From a virus (Duplodnaviria > Caudoviricetes), in IMG/VR virus record IMGVR_UViG_3300031965_000014, positions 6,786 through 70,785 of that record: 64,000 bases of DNA; one strand, given 5' to 3'. Below the pieces are notes generated by a model that was not told the origin of the DNA, searched no databases, and saw only the letters and a list, made by a program, of their open reading frames with translations. This document shows positions 1-9,431 of this stretch, one piece after another (position 1 is the stretch's first letter; the number at the start of each line of letters is the position of its first letter). The translations under genes were made by a program, and so were the position numbers.

Positions 1-3000
1 ACCACCGGCGGCTGCTTCGCCAGGTAGTCCTTCGCCTCCTGACGGAAAGCCTGCGTGTGCACGCGCTGACTGGCCTGGTGCAGGATGGCCTGCAGCGTGG
101 CGATCGCCTTGGTCTTGGGCAACTCCACGCGCATGGAGGATCCGGCCTTGACGAAGTCCGTGCCGGCGGCCTCGAGCACCTTCGGGTTGAGGTAGATGAT
201 GCCGCCCCTCTCGCGGGCGGCAGCAACCGAGATCCGGTAGAGATCCTCGCCGGGCAGCTTGGCGACGCGGAACACCTTCTCGTCCACGGATTCGACGACA
301 GGTTTCCCGTCAAGCGATTCGAGGAAGCCGATCGCCGCGGCCGCGTCCGGGAACTCGACCGGCATCTCGTTCAGTGACTTGTCGATGTCGAACTTCGCCG
401 GCATGAGGATGCCCTGGTGCGTGGCGCCGTCGTCGGTCGTGTAGTTGATGATCCGGCCGTTGGCGAACTTCCCGAAGCCGGCGAGCAGGTTCCCGGTGAC
501 GATGACGCGGTCCTCGCGGGTCACGGTCTGCGCCTCGTCGAAGAGCTGCAGGATGCGCTTGCCCTCGAACTCGGCTGGATTGAACTCGTCGATCAGCACG
601 AGGCCGGTGTCCACCGCGCTCGCCGGCGCCCGGTTGGCGGTGATGAGGCGCGAGGCCGGCAGGGTGACGTGCCGGATGGCGTCCGCCACGGCATAGGTGA
701 TCTTCCACGCCCCGAGGGCTGCCGGGTTCTTCGGCTTGCCCTTCTTCTCGATCATGGTCACCACCGCCGGGATCTTCCCGTAGCGCGTGGTGAGCACCAC
801 CGGGCGCCCGATGCCGCTCTGGGCGAGGATGGCGTCCAGGCGGGTGTGCGCCGCATCCAGGCGAGTCTGCGTCGCCTCGCGGTGACGCTGGTCGTGCAGG
901 CCGTCGAGCTCCTGCTGCAGGAAGTCCTTGAACTCGCTCTCGAGCTCATCGCGCATGGTGTTGATGCGCTGCGCGCCGAGCGCCTTCAATTCGGTCAGGC
1001 GCGCGCCTTCCTGGGCCTCAAGGGACAGGCGGATGCGCTCGACGAGTTCAACGCTTGTGTAGGGCTTGCCGAGCTTCTTGACGTCGACGATCTCGCCATT
1101 GGAGCCTTGTGCGAATGGGCTGGTGCCACCGCGGCCCTGCGTGACCGGAACGACTTTCTTCACCTTCGCTTCGAGGGGCAGGGTCTTGGCTTCGAGCGCG
1201 TTCTCGCCCATCCGGTCCTTCTCGTCGAGGAGGGCGAGATACTCGGATTCGATCAGGTCGTAGAGCGTCTCCTGCTCGGCAATCGTGAGAAGCGGGATCC
1301 TCCCGGTCAGTTTGCGGATGGCCCCCTCGCGCTCGAGCCCGGAGCCAGATTCGTCGTTCTTCAGCGGCGAGCCCATCTTGCGGTGCCAATCCGGGTTGTC
1401 CTCCATGAGCTGGGCGGTGACCTCGTCGCCGTACTCGTTCATGAAGTCCACCACGTCCTTGGATGTAACGGCGGAGCCGCGCGCTGCCGTGGTGTTCGCG
1501 TTCAGGCTCGCCATCTTCTTCGCGAGCACCGCCGCGGGCCGCTTCTCGGCCGGGATGTCGGCGACGAGCTGCGAGTAGATCGGCTCGATCACCTGGCCGG
1601 TACGGTGCACCCTCCCGAGCATCTGCATGTGGATGTCGATGTTCCTCTCCGGCTGCACGATGAACATGTGCCGCTGGCGCTGGTCCTTGAACTTCTCGGA
1701 TGCGTGCAGCGAGAGCCCGGTCGCGCCGGCTTGGTTGATGAGCAGGACGTCGAGCTTGCCGCTGTTGAAGCCCAGGATGGTCTCGTTGCGGCCGCGGATC
1801 GAGATCTCGCGCCCCGGGCGCAGTCGGTATATTGGCACGTCGCCCGTGTAGTCGATGAGGTGCTGGCGGCCGGTGATCTCCCCGAACGACAGCCCGGCCT
1901 TCACCACCTGCGCTTTCAGGTAATCGATCGGCGAGAGCGGGATGTCGGAGAAATCAGATTGAAGAATGTCCTCCTTGATGCTGTCCCATGCCTGCCTGGC
2001 GAACAGGCCGAGCTCATCGTCGGTGAGGCGATGGCGCTCCTTCTTGCCGAAGGCGTTGCCGATGGTGACGTCGCGCGAGCGCTCGAGGTAGCGCAGGAGC
2101 AGGTCGCGGAACGAGATGTCGACCGCGTCTCCCGTGTTCAGGCCGTGGTCCTCGACGTAGTGCTCGATGAACGAGCCCATGGTGTTCGCCACGGTCAGGA
2201 CCGGCTTCTCGCCGCGCTTCACCGCCTCGAGCGCCTTCTGCGCGGCTGGCACCACCTTTAGCGCGAGGAGCATCTGGTCGACCATGTTGTGCATGATCGA
2301 GGTGAAGTTGGTCGAGTGCACCCCGGCCAAGCCGATCGAGCCGTCCTGCGTCATGGTCTTCGCCTCGGCGCGCACAGTCTTTTTCAAGGCCGCGACGGCA
2401 CCTGCCTTCAACTGATCGAACTCCGCTACCCGGCGCATGATCGAGGACATGCGCTCCGCCACCTGGCGGTTGACCGGCGTGAGGATGGTGTTGTAGGTGA
2501 CTCCGGCAAAGGAACGCTCGCGCCGAATGTATTGCCCGGCCTTCGCGAGCATGGCGGCGACCACCTGCTGCAGCGGCACGCCGCCGGCGCGGATCGCCGC
2601 CGGCAGCGCCGCGGAATTCTCTACGGCGAGCCCCATGTCCGTCTTGAAATACAGGTCCATCACCTCGGGGCGCTTGGCATAGGTCGCCGAGGAGTAGAAG
2701 ACGGACTCGGCCATACGGGCGATGCCGCGCGCGAAGTCGGCGCGCGTCGGGTCGCGCTTGATGATCTCCTGCTTGGCCTGCACGTTCCCGCCGGCGTTGT
2801 GCGACTCGTCGAAGATCACCACCCCGCCGCGCGAGAACGCTTCCAGGAAGTCCATGCGCGCGGTGCGCTGGCCGCCCTTGATCGTCTGCATCTGGCTGTA
2901 CGTGGTGAAAATCACGTCGTAGTCGCCCAGCGAGCCCTTCGCGATGAGCTCCTGCAGATGGGCGTTGTGGTCCTTGCCAGACTTCGCCTTGAGGACGACC

Positions 3001-6000
3001 GACCCGTCATCGGTGAGAGGGATGGACTCGCCCGCGTTCGTCATCACCGGGGTCACGTCCGGCATGCCGATGTCCGCGAGATCCCGGTAGATGTCCTTGT
3101 AGAGGTTCGGCTTCTCGGTGACGAAGATGGGGGTCTTGCCGTTCTTCTGCGCCCAGCGGATCACGCCGGCGACGACCCTTCCTTTCCCGACTCCCGTAGC
3201 GTCGCCGATGATGTAGCCCGCGCCGCCTTTCATGGCGTCGAGCGCTTGCGCCAAGGCGTCGACCTGCTCGGCGCTGAAGTAGCGCCCGAGCTTGGCGGGC
3301 GCATAGTCGAGTTCCTTCGCCACGTACTGGTCGAGATCCCCGACCTTCTCCTTCAGCGCATTGAGCGAGCCGGCGATCGAGTCCTTCATGTTCACCGGGA
3401 CGAGCGTGCCGATCGCATCGACGCCGGACCTGGGCTCGTAGGCGGTCTGGTGCTCGGTCTCGAGTTCCTTCGGGCGCACCGGCGCGCGCGGTTGCTCTTC
3501 CTCTATCTGGATGGTTCCGGCCCGCAATTCTTCGACGAACCGCACCACGTAGGGCTTCATGCGGTTGATCGCCTCGGCCGTCATGGCGGCCTTCTCGCGC
3601 AGGTAGATCAGGAGCAGCCGGATTGCTTCGCGGATGTCCTGCCCGGCCTGCTTGAAGTGCTGGACGCCGGCGAGCAAGAAGGGCTTCGCCTTGGCGTAGG
3701 TCTCCTCGTCGAACTGCAGGCCGGAGCCGAGGCGCCCCTTGCCGCCGAAGAGCTGCTCGAGGCCCTTGGCGATGTCCTCGATGCCAGCGCCGGTCTCGCG
3801 CGCTGCGCTGGCTGCCGCCTCACCGGCGGTGCGTGGGGGTGCTTTCTCGACGTCGCCGAAGAGCTTGGCGAACTCCTCGTCGAAGATCTGGCCTACATCA
3901 GCCTGTTCACCAGCTCCTCGAGGCTGTCCGCGCTCGACACGTTCTCCGCCTTCAGCTCGCGCACCCGCAGTAGGTCCGGCAGCACCGGGTTGTCCTCGAA
4001 CAGGTCCGCCACGAACTGGTCCGGGTCCTCCAGGTCCACGCTCGACGGCAGTAGGTCCGAGGTCGCCAGGAGCGACTGGACGCGCTTCATCTCGAGCGCC
4101 GGCGCCGAGCTCGCCGCGAGCAGCGCCCTCGCCCTGTCGGCGATCTTCTGCACTTCGTGCTGCGTACCCAGCATCGAGCTTCTCCTCAAGCGCCCCCCAC
4201 GACTCGTACATGAGGGGCAGGTCCGCCGCCGGCAAGCCCTTTGCGGACTTCCCGCGGCCGCGGATCACCACCACGTCCACCGGCCAGGCGGCCCCCTGCT
4301 TCGAGTACAGGTCGCCCGCGACCGTGAAGTGGTCGACCACATTGTAGTCCCGGTACAGGGTGAAATAGAAGGCCCGCAGGTGCTTCCCGTTGTAGGCTTC
4401 GGCGCGCGTCTCCCCCTTCTTCATGTCGTGCGGCGCCGCAACAATGAGCACCGTACGGCCGTCGTCCTTCATGGCCTCGAGGGCCTTCAGGCTGATCGCG
4501 TGGTCGATCTGGGTGGTCGTGTAGCTGTCGTCGATCTTCCAACGCTTGTTGAAAAACTTGCCGCCGCTCTCGTCCTTCACGTAGCCGAAGGGCGGGTTGG
4601 CGATGACGACGTCGAAATTGCGCTTGCTCGGCCCCTGCTCCGAGGCGTCGAACGACTTCACGATCGCGAATCCCTGCGTCTTGAGCACCTCGTAGCGCTC
4701 GTCGTTCAACTCGTTGGCGGAGACCTTGGCCAGCGCTGCATCGATGAGCAGTATGCCGTTGCCGGCGGTCGGCTCGTAGACGGTCGTGTCCTTGCCGATG
4801 CCGGCGAGCCGTGAGGCGAGGAACGCGAGTGGCACCGGCGTCGAGTACGCCTGCTCTCGGATCGACGTCGAGGTGCGCACGGCGAGGTTGGGCTGTCGGT
4901 TGTAAAGCTCGACCAGCGCGGCGTAGATCTCCTTGTCGGTCGCGCCGCGCGCGCGCATCTGCGAGATCAGTTTGCGCGCGGCGAGCACCACGCCCAGCTC
5001 GATCGCTTCGTCGAGTTGCTTCGCGCGCGCAGTGCCCGCGCCCAGCTTGGCGTCTATGATCTCCGCCCCCCAGGCGCGCGCCTCGGTGATCGTCTTGAAT
5101 CCGTCGCGCTGCAGTTTTTCGGCCGCGCGCTCGGCGAGGCGCCTTACTTCCGCGCTTGGGAGAGGAGCCTCGGCCCGCGGTGCTTCCGCTTGCTCTTCCG
5201 CGGCGCGCCCTCCGGGTGGGCGCTGCTCATCGGCCTTGACGGGTGCCGGCTGTTGTAGATCGCGGCCGCCCGGCTTTTCGCCTCCTTCTCCGGTACGCCC
5301 TTCGCCTTCAACTTGTCCCTGATCGCTTCGTACTGCGCCGGCATCGGTCTTCTCCTTCTTCGCTTTGGCGGCGCCCTCGAGTTCGCTGACGCCTTCGTCT
5401 TCGGTCGGTTCCGTGTGCTTGCCCCACTGCACGATCGGCTTCGCGAGTTTGCCCTGCGAGCGCGCGAATACGTGCCAGCCGTTCTTCACGTGCATGTAGC
5501 TCTTGCCGTAGGGCTGGCGTTCCCAGCCGCGCTCCTCGAGGAATTTCTCGAAGCCGGCGATGTCGTCGTCAGGAAGTTGCGTCGCGTTGCCCTTGGCGGT
5601 GCGGCTGATCTCCGATTCGATCTCGCGGAGCAGGTCCGCATGCGTCTGCACCTCGGCGGCCGGCAGTGTCGTGTCCGCGGTCTCCAGCCACTCGTGGAAC
5701 TCACTGAGCTCCATGCGCGTCACCGCCGCAAGGCCGCGCCACCCTGGCGTGTAGTTGGCCATGTACGCGCGCCGTGCCTCTTCCTCGGAGGCGAAGCCGA
5801 TCATGACCTTGTGCTCGTCGAAGTGGCCGTTACCGGGCTTTCGTTGGTCGATCACGTAGATCGGCGCGTCGTCCGGGATCTGCTCCGGCGTTCCCGGCTT
5901 GATGAAGGCGTCGATGTGGTCCTTGTCCTTGCCCTTCGTGCCGCGGATGTAGCCGTAGTGCTGCTTCAGCACCGGCCATTCCGGGCGGCGCTTGGAGCCC

Positions 6001-8117
6001 TCCGGGTTCTCGATCGAGATGTCGAGCCCGCCGATGCGCACGTGGCCCTTCTGGTAGTTGCCGGCCTCTTTCTGCGGTTCGGTCGGTTGCGGCAGCTCGT
6101 TGGCCGGGCTCGTCGCCGCGGCGTGCGCGGCTTCGTCGACCGGCGACTCGAAGATCTGCTTCAGGCCGGCGGCCGCCTCCTCGAGGCCGCCGGGCGCCAC
6201 CGCAGGCCGAGAACCAGGAGGAGGAGGAGGTTCAGCGGGCCGTGGCGGCGCCGGCGGCTTTTCGGCTGCCTGCGGAGGCAATTGGGTAGAAATGGGCGGC
6301 TGCTCACTGATCACCTGTAGTGCTGTTTCCGCCGGTTTCTCAGCTACTTGCGGCTGAACTACTTGCAAGGCTGGCGTCTCCGCCTGCGGTATCTGGGTGG
6401 AAATCGGTGCGGCAGGCGCGGCAGTGGGCTCAGGCGGCGCGCCGAGGGCCTCAGCGGGCTCCTCGAGGCCGCGCACCGCGGACACGTCGATGTCGCGCGC
6501 GCCGGGCTCCAGCGGCACGGCAGGCCCGCCCGCGGGCGGCGCCGGCGGCACGACTTCCTCGCCGGCGATCATCCGGGAGAGCGCGGCAGGATCCTCCGTG
6601 GAGACCGGCGCTTGCGGCGGCGCAGCAGGCTGGGCCTCGGTGACCCTGCCTTGCTCTGCCGCCGCGCCCACCGTGCCGTACACCGTGCCCGCGACGGCGC
6701 CGGCGATCAGCGCCACCTTGAAGTTCTGCCACGCCTCCTGCAGCGTGATGTTCGGGTCGTAGCTCGTGTAGGCGTTGAGATCTTGAGCGAGCTGCGTGAT
6801 GCCCTCCTGCCCGGCCTCCTGCCCGATCGTGTTCGCCAGGCGCTTCAAGAACGGGCTGCCGGCCTTCAAGGCCACACGGAGCGGTATGGCCTCGCCGATC
6901 CCTTCCAAGATGCTGTCGACCAGCGCCGCGCGCCGCGCGATGTCGTGGGCAGCGCCTTTGGCCGTCGCCTCCCCGTAAGTGGCACCGGCCTGGAACGCGG
7001 ATCCTCCGCCGCCCGCGATCGCCATGGCGGCAACCGGATTGCGGGTCAGGATGCCTACCGAAATACCCATAAGAGTCGGCGGAGCGCTCTGCACGAACGA
7101 CCACACCCCCTGTTGCAGGTCGCTCATCTCGCCGACCGGCTGCACCAGCTCGAGATCCTTGCGGGTCTGCTCGGCCCACCGCTTGTAGTTCTCGCCCGCA
7201 GCGCGCGCCTGCTCGGTCATCGCGCGCAGCCGCGCCGCGCGCGCGCCGGTCGGCGCAGTCTGGCCTGGCAGCGTCTCCTCGGAGAGCGGGTCCCGGTGGC
7301 GGAGGATCTCCTGGCGCGGGCTGTAGGTCGCGGCGCGCTGCGCCGGCGACAGGCCCGTCAGGATCTCCTCCTCGGTCTGGCGAGCGGCCTCCTCGAAGCT
7401 CATTGCCCCGAGGTTCGCCACCGCGTTCTTGCCCGCGGCGACCATGCCAGCAGGGGCGTTGCTGAGCACGCCCTGCTCGCCGAACCAGTCGGCCTCGGCA
7501 GATCCCGTTTCCTGCTGAGCGCGCAGCCGCGCAGGCATCGCTGCGGGCGGCGGCGCGACGGTCTCGGCTTGGGGCGGCGCCGGCGCCGGCACGGCAGCCT
7601 CCCCAGAGATGTCCGGGAGGTCGGTCGGCGCGCGCCGCGCATCGAGCGACTGGCTCACCGCCTCGCCTGCCGCACTCACCAGCGCGCCGGCGCGGCGCAT
7701 GAGCGAGGGCTTCGTGCGCTCGTCGAACTCCTTGCGGGCCTGCTCGAGCTCTGGCGTGGGCACGCGCGGCGAGACGACGTCCCGCCAGAACGACATGCGC
7801 ACCGACTCCTGGCCGGCGCCGTCGAGCGCTTGGTACTTGGGCGAGGCTTCGACCTGCGACCACTTCGGGATCTGCTCCGGTGCAGGCTGCACGCCGATCG
7901 GCTTCCCGGTCGCCGCGATCTCGCGATCGAGAGAAGCCTGGTGCTCAGGAGCGGTCGCCTCGGAGCGCTCGCCGTTCAGGATCTCAAGGCGCCGGCGCGC
8001 GGCCGCCTCGCGCTCCTCCGGCGACTCGCGCGGGAAGTCCGCAGGCGTAGCCACGGACGACAAGCGCCGCGGCTTCGGGACCGGCGGCTCGACCTCGAGC
8101 GGGATGATCTCGGCCAT
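1..8117 (-). CDS. Giant DarB-like polyvalent (ejected internal virion) protein, >=2705 aa, runs off the left edge: InPase domain, N6-adenine DNA methyltransferase, Strawberry-notch-type SF2 helicase
   Basis: Absent from the ORF track, consistent with having no stop inside the window. ATG at 8117 directly follows the upstream TAG, and the same frame is coding at position 5. Hand translation of sampled segments gives GNYQKGH..ENPEGS..HYGYI..DEHKV (InPase, ~5700-6070), YEPTAGNG and VIANPPFG (MTase motifs I/IV, ~4580-4800), GDATGVGKGR and FDESH (~2790-3220), and QMLGRVHRTGQ (~1590-1625). Confidence 0.88.
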   Translation of the reverse strand, partial: MAEIIPLEVEPPVPKPRRLSSVATPADFPRESPEEREAAARRRLEILNGERSEATAPEHQASLDREIAATGKPIGVQPAPEQIPKWSQVEASPKYQALDGAGQESVRMSFWRDVVSPRVPTPELEQARKEFDERTKPSLMRRAGALVSAAGEAVSQSLDARRAPTDLPDISGEAAVPAPAPPQAETVAPPPAAMPARLRAQQETGSAEADWFGEQGVLSNAPAGMVAAGKNAVANLGAMSFEEAARQTEEEILTGLSPAQRAATYSPRQEILRHRDPLSEETLPGQTAPTGARAARLRAMTEQARAAGENYKRWAEQTRKDLELVQPVGEMSDLQQGVWSFVQSAPPTLMGISVGILTRNPVAAMAIAGGGGSAFQAGATYGEATAKGAAHDIARRAALVDSILEGIGEAIPLRVALKAGSPFLKRLANTIGQEAGQEGITQLAQDLNAYTSYDPNITLQEAWQNFKVALIAGAVAGTVYGTVGAAAEQGRVTEAQPAAPPQAPVSTEDPAALSRMIAGEEVVPPAPPAGGPAVPLEPGARDIDVSAVRGLEEPAEALGAPPEPTAAPAAPISTQIPQAETPALQVVQPQVAEKPAETALQVISEQPPISTQLPPQAAEKPPAPPRPAEPPPPPGSRPAVAPGGLEEAAAGLKQIFESPVDEAAHAAATSPANELPQPTEPQKEAGNYQKGHVRIGGLDISIENPEGSKRRPEWPVLKQHYGYIRGTKGKDKDHIDAFIKPGTPEQIPDDAPIYVIDQRKPGNGHFDEHKVMIGFASEEEARRAYMANYTPGWRGLAAVTRMELSEFHEWLETADTTLPAAEVQTHADLLREIESEISRTAKGNATQLPDDDIAGFEKFLEERGWERQPYGKSYMHVKNGWHVFARSQGKLAKPIVQWGKHTEPTEDEGVSELEGAAKAKKEKTDAGAVRSDQGQVEGEGRTGEGGEKPGGRDLQQPAPVKADEQRPPGGRAAEEQAEAPRAEAPLPSAEVRRLAERAAEKLQRDGFKTITEARAWGAEIIDAKLGAGTARAKQLDEAIELGVVLAARKLISQMRARGATDKEIYAALVELYNRQPNLAVRTSTSIREQAYSTPVPLAFLASRLAGIGKDTTVYEPTAGNGILLIDAALAKVSANELNDERYEVLKTQGFAIVKSFDASEQGPSKRNFDVVIANPPFGYVKDESGGKFFNKRWKIDDSYTTTQIDHAISLKALEAMKDDGRTVLIVAAPHDMKKGETRAEAYNGKHLRAFYFTLYRDYNVVDHFTVAGDLYSKQGAAWPVDVVVIRGRGKSAKGLPAADLPLMYESWGALEEKLDAGYAARSAEDRRQGEGAARGELGAGARDEARPVAPGDLGPTAVERGPGGPGPVRGGPVRGQPGAAGPTAGARAEGGERVERGQPRGAGEQADVGQIFDEEFAKLFGDVEKAPPRTAGEAAASAARETGAGIEDIAKGLEQLFGGKGRLGSGLQFDEETYAKAKPFLLAGVQHFKQAGQDIREAIRLLLIYLREKAAMTAEAINRMKPYVVRFVEELRAGTIQIEEEQPRAPVRPKELETEHQTAYEPRSGVDAIGTLVPVNMKDSIAGSLNALKEKVGDLDQYVAKELDYAPAKLGRYFSAEQVDALAQALDAMKGGAGYIIGDATGVGKGRVVAGVIRWAQKNGKTPIFVTEKPNLYKDIYRDLADIGMPDVTPVMTNAGESIPLTDDGSVVLKAKSGKDHNAHLQELIAKGSLGDYDVIFTTYSQMQTIKGGQRTARMDFLEAFSRGGVVIFDESHNAGGNVQAKQEIIKRDPTRADFARGIARMAESVFYSSATYAKRPEVMDLYFKTDMGLAVENSAALPAAIRAGGVPLQQVVAAMLAKAGQYIRRERSFAGVTYNTILTPVNRQVAERMSSIMRRVAEFDQLKAGAVAALKKTVRAEAKTMTQDGSIGLAGVHSTNFTSIMHNMVDQMLLALKVVPAAQKALEAVKRGEKPVLTVANTMGSFIEHYVEDHGLNTGDAVDISFRDLLLRYLERSRDVTIGNAFGKKERHRLTDDELGLFARQAWDSIKEDILQSDFSDIPLSPIDYLKAQVVKAGLSFGEITGRQHLIDYTGDVPIYRLRPGREISIRGRNETILGFNSGKLDVLLINQAGATGLSLHASEKFKDQRQRHMFIVQPERNIDIHMQMLGRVHRTGQVIEPIYSQLVADIPAEKRPAAVLAKKMASLNANTTAARGSAVTSKDVVDFMNEYGDEVTAQLMEDNPDWHRKMGSPLKNDESGSGLEREGAIRKLTGRIPLLTIAEQETLYDLIESEYLALLDEKDRMGENALEAKTLPLEAKVKKVVPVTQGRGGTSPFAQGSNGEIVDVKKLGKPYTSVELVERIRLSLEAQEGARLTELKALGAQRINTMRDELESEFKDFLQQELDGLHDQRHREATQTRLDAAHTRLDAILAQSGIGRPVVLTTRYGKIPAVVTMIEKKGKPKNPAALGAWKITYAVADAIRHVTLPASRLITANRAPASAVDTGLVLIDEFNPAEFEGKRILQLFDEAQTVTREDRVIVTGNLLAGFGKFANGRIINYTTDDGATHQGILMPAKFDIDKSLNEMPVEFPDAAAAIGFLESLDGKPVVESVDEKVFRVAKLPGEDLYRISVAAARERGGIIYLNPKVLEAAGTDFVKAGSSMRVELPKTKAIATLQAILHQASQRVHTQAFRQEAKDYLAKQPPV
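3893..4174 (-). CDS. Nested overprinted 93-aa protein (MLGTQHEVQKIADRARALL...EELVNRLM) inside the giant gene, alternative frame
   Basis: GAGGAG SD 7 nt before the ATG at 4174. Nearly all third codon positions are G/C in this frame, while the host frame becomes low-complexity G/R/P/A. Confidence 0.75.
   Translation of the reverse strand: MLGTQHEVQKIADRARALLAASSAPALEMKRVQSLLATSDLLPSSVDLEDPDQFVADLFEDNPVLPDLLRVRELKAENVSSADSLEELVNRLM
5144..5344 (-). CDS. Nested overprinted 66-aa basic protein (MPAQYEAIRDKLKAKG...) inside the giant gene, alternative frame
   Basis: AAGGAG SD 7 nt before the ATG. GC3-rich codons in this frame; the host frame here is a low-complexity linker. Confidence 0.75.
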   Translation of the reverse strand: MPAQYEAIRDKLKAKGVPEKEAKSRAAAIYNSRHPSRPMSSAHPEGAPRKSKRKHRGPRLLSQARK

Positions 8118-9422
8118 CTACTGCAGCACGTCGCGCCAGCTTGGGCCACCTGCGGGTCCGTTCGGATTCGGATCTCCGGCGCCTGCCTTCTCGCGCGCAA
8201 TTTCCTCACGGGCCCGTTTGAGCGCCGCCTTGGCGATGTCGCTCGCCGTCACCTGATCCATGCGCTTGCCGGAACTTCTCGCCTTCTGGAGCTCCTGCTC
8301 GACGATCGGCTGGGTGCGCTCGAAAAGCGGCATGTTGTCGGGCTTCATCACCTGCCCCAGCACGTTCGGAGTGAGCCCCAGCGCGTCCTTGATGTAGCGA
8401 TGCGAATCGTCGCGCGCGGCGTTGAGAACGTCGGCCCAGCGCTTGTCGTCGCCGGCGGCCGCTGTCGTCGCGGCGCGCCTCTCGGCCGGGTCCGGCGCCG
8501 TGATGACCGGCTCGGCCGTGAGTTCGCCTGCCGGCCCGGTGCGGGTTTGGTAGACGCTCTCGCCCTTGCTCAGCTTCAGCGTGGAGCTCGAGGCTCGCCG
8601 CCACATGTTGTCGAGGAGCTGGCGCGAATACTTCAGGTCCCGTCCCTGCTTGTCCTTCGCGATGGCGCCCGTTTTGTCGAGCAGGAAGATCGTCTTGCCG
8701 TCTGCACTCTGCCCGATGTCGACTACCTGTACGCCAGGCAACGTGACACTGGAAGCGTTGAACGCATCGATCGCGGCCTTTTTGTTGCCGGAAAGGACGT
8801 GCCCCCACATCAAAGCGCCTACCTGCGCATCAGTCTCGGCGCCCTTGCGGCGCAGTTCATTGAACTTCTGATCGGCCTCGAGCTCCTGGGCGGAAAGGCC
8901 CTTCTTTCGGATGGCCTCGATTTGCGGCAGGGTCTCGAACTTGTAAGTCGCCTCGCGCTCGGCGATCGCCCCGTCGATCGCCTCCTTCATCACCTTCGCC
9001 GCCCGATCCGGCCGGCCCTTCTTGATCCAATACTGACGCTGGGCCTCGGCCTGCTGCAGCCACAGCGCGCCGCTCGCTGGAGCACCAGCCGGCGCCGTGG
9101 GCGCCGCCTCCTCGGACGTACCGCCTGGCGCACCGGCTGCCGCAAGGGTGCGCAATGGTTGCCCGCTGGTGTCCTGCACAGGTTGCCCTGTGGCGCTTAC
9201 GGCTTCACCGGCGGCCGCCTCGCGCGCGCCGGCCTCTTCCTCGATGCCGCGCTTGAACTCCCCGTGCTCGATGTCGGCACGCTCCGTTTCGCGGCCGTAG
9301 CGCACATCCTCGCGGCCCTGGAGGATCTTTTTTCGCTGGCGCGCGACCTCGGCGTCCTGACCCTGCAGCGCGCCCTGGTACACCGTTGCAGCGCCGCCCA
9401 GGCTTCTCAGAAGATTCGCCAT
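8118..9422 (-). CDS. Internal virion/ejection protein (putative)
   Basis: 434 aa, helical and A/Q/E-rich; sits directly before the giant protein, where podoviruses keep ejection genes. Confidence 0.65.
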   Translation of the reverse strand: MANLLRSLGGAATVYQGALQGQDAEVARQRKKILQGREDVRYGRETERADIEHGEFKRGIEEEAGAREAAAGEAVSATGQPVQDTSGQPLRTLAAAGAPGGTSEEAAPTAPAGAPASGALWLQQAEAQRQYWIKKGRPDRAAKVMKEAIDGAIAEREATYKFETLPQIEAIRKKGLSAQELEADQKFNELRRKGAETDAQVGALMWGHVLSGNKKAAIDAFNASSVTLPGVQVVDIGQSADGKTIFLLDKTGAIAKDKQGRDLKYSRQLLDNMWRRASSSTLKLSKGESVYQTRTGPAGELTAEPVITAPDPAERRAATTAAAGDDKRWADVLNAARDDSHRYIKDALGLTPNVLGQVMKPDNMPLFERTQPIVEQELQKARSSGKRMDQVTASDIAKAALKRAREEIAREKAGAGDPNPNGPAGGPSWRDVLQ

Positions 9423-9431
9423 GACGTTCTC

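Noticed and set aside
5486-7863. Other alternative-frame minus-strand ORFs inside the giant gene (5486-5704, 6451-7863, 7400-7642)
   Set aside because: R/P/A-rich junk translations with no convincing SD, and the host frame keeps normal codon usage there, unlike the two accepted nested genes.
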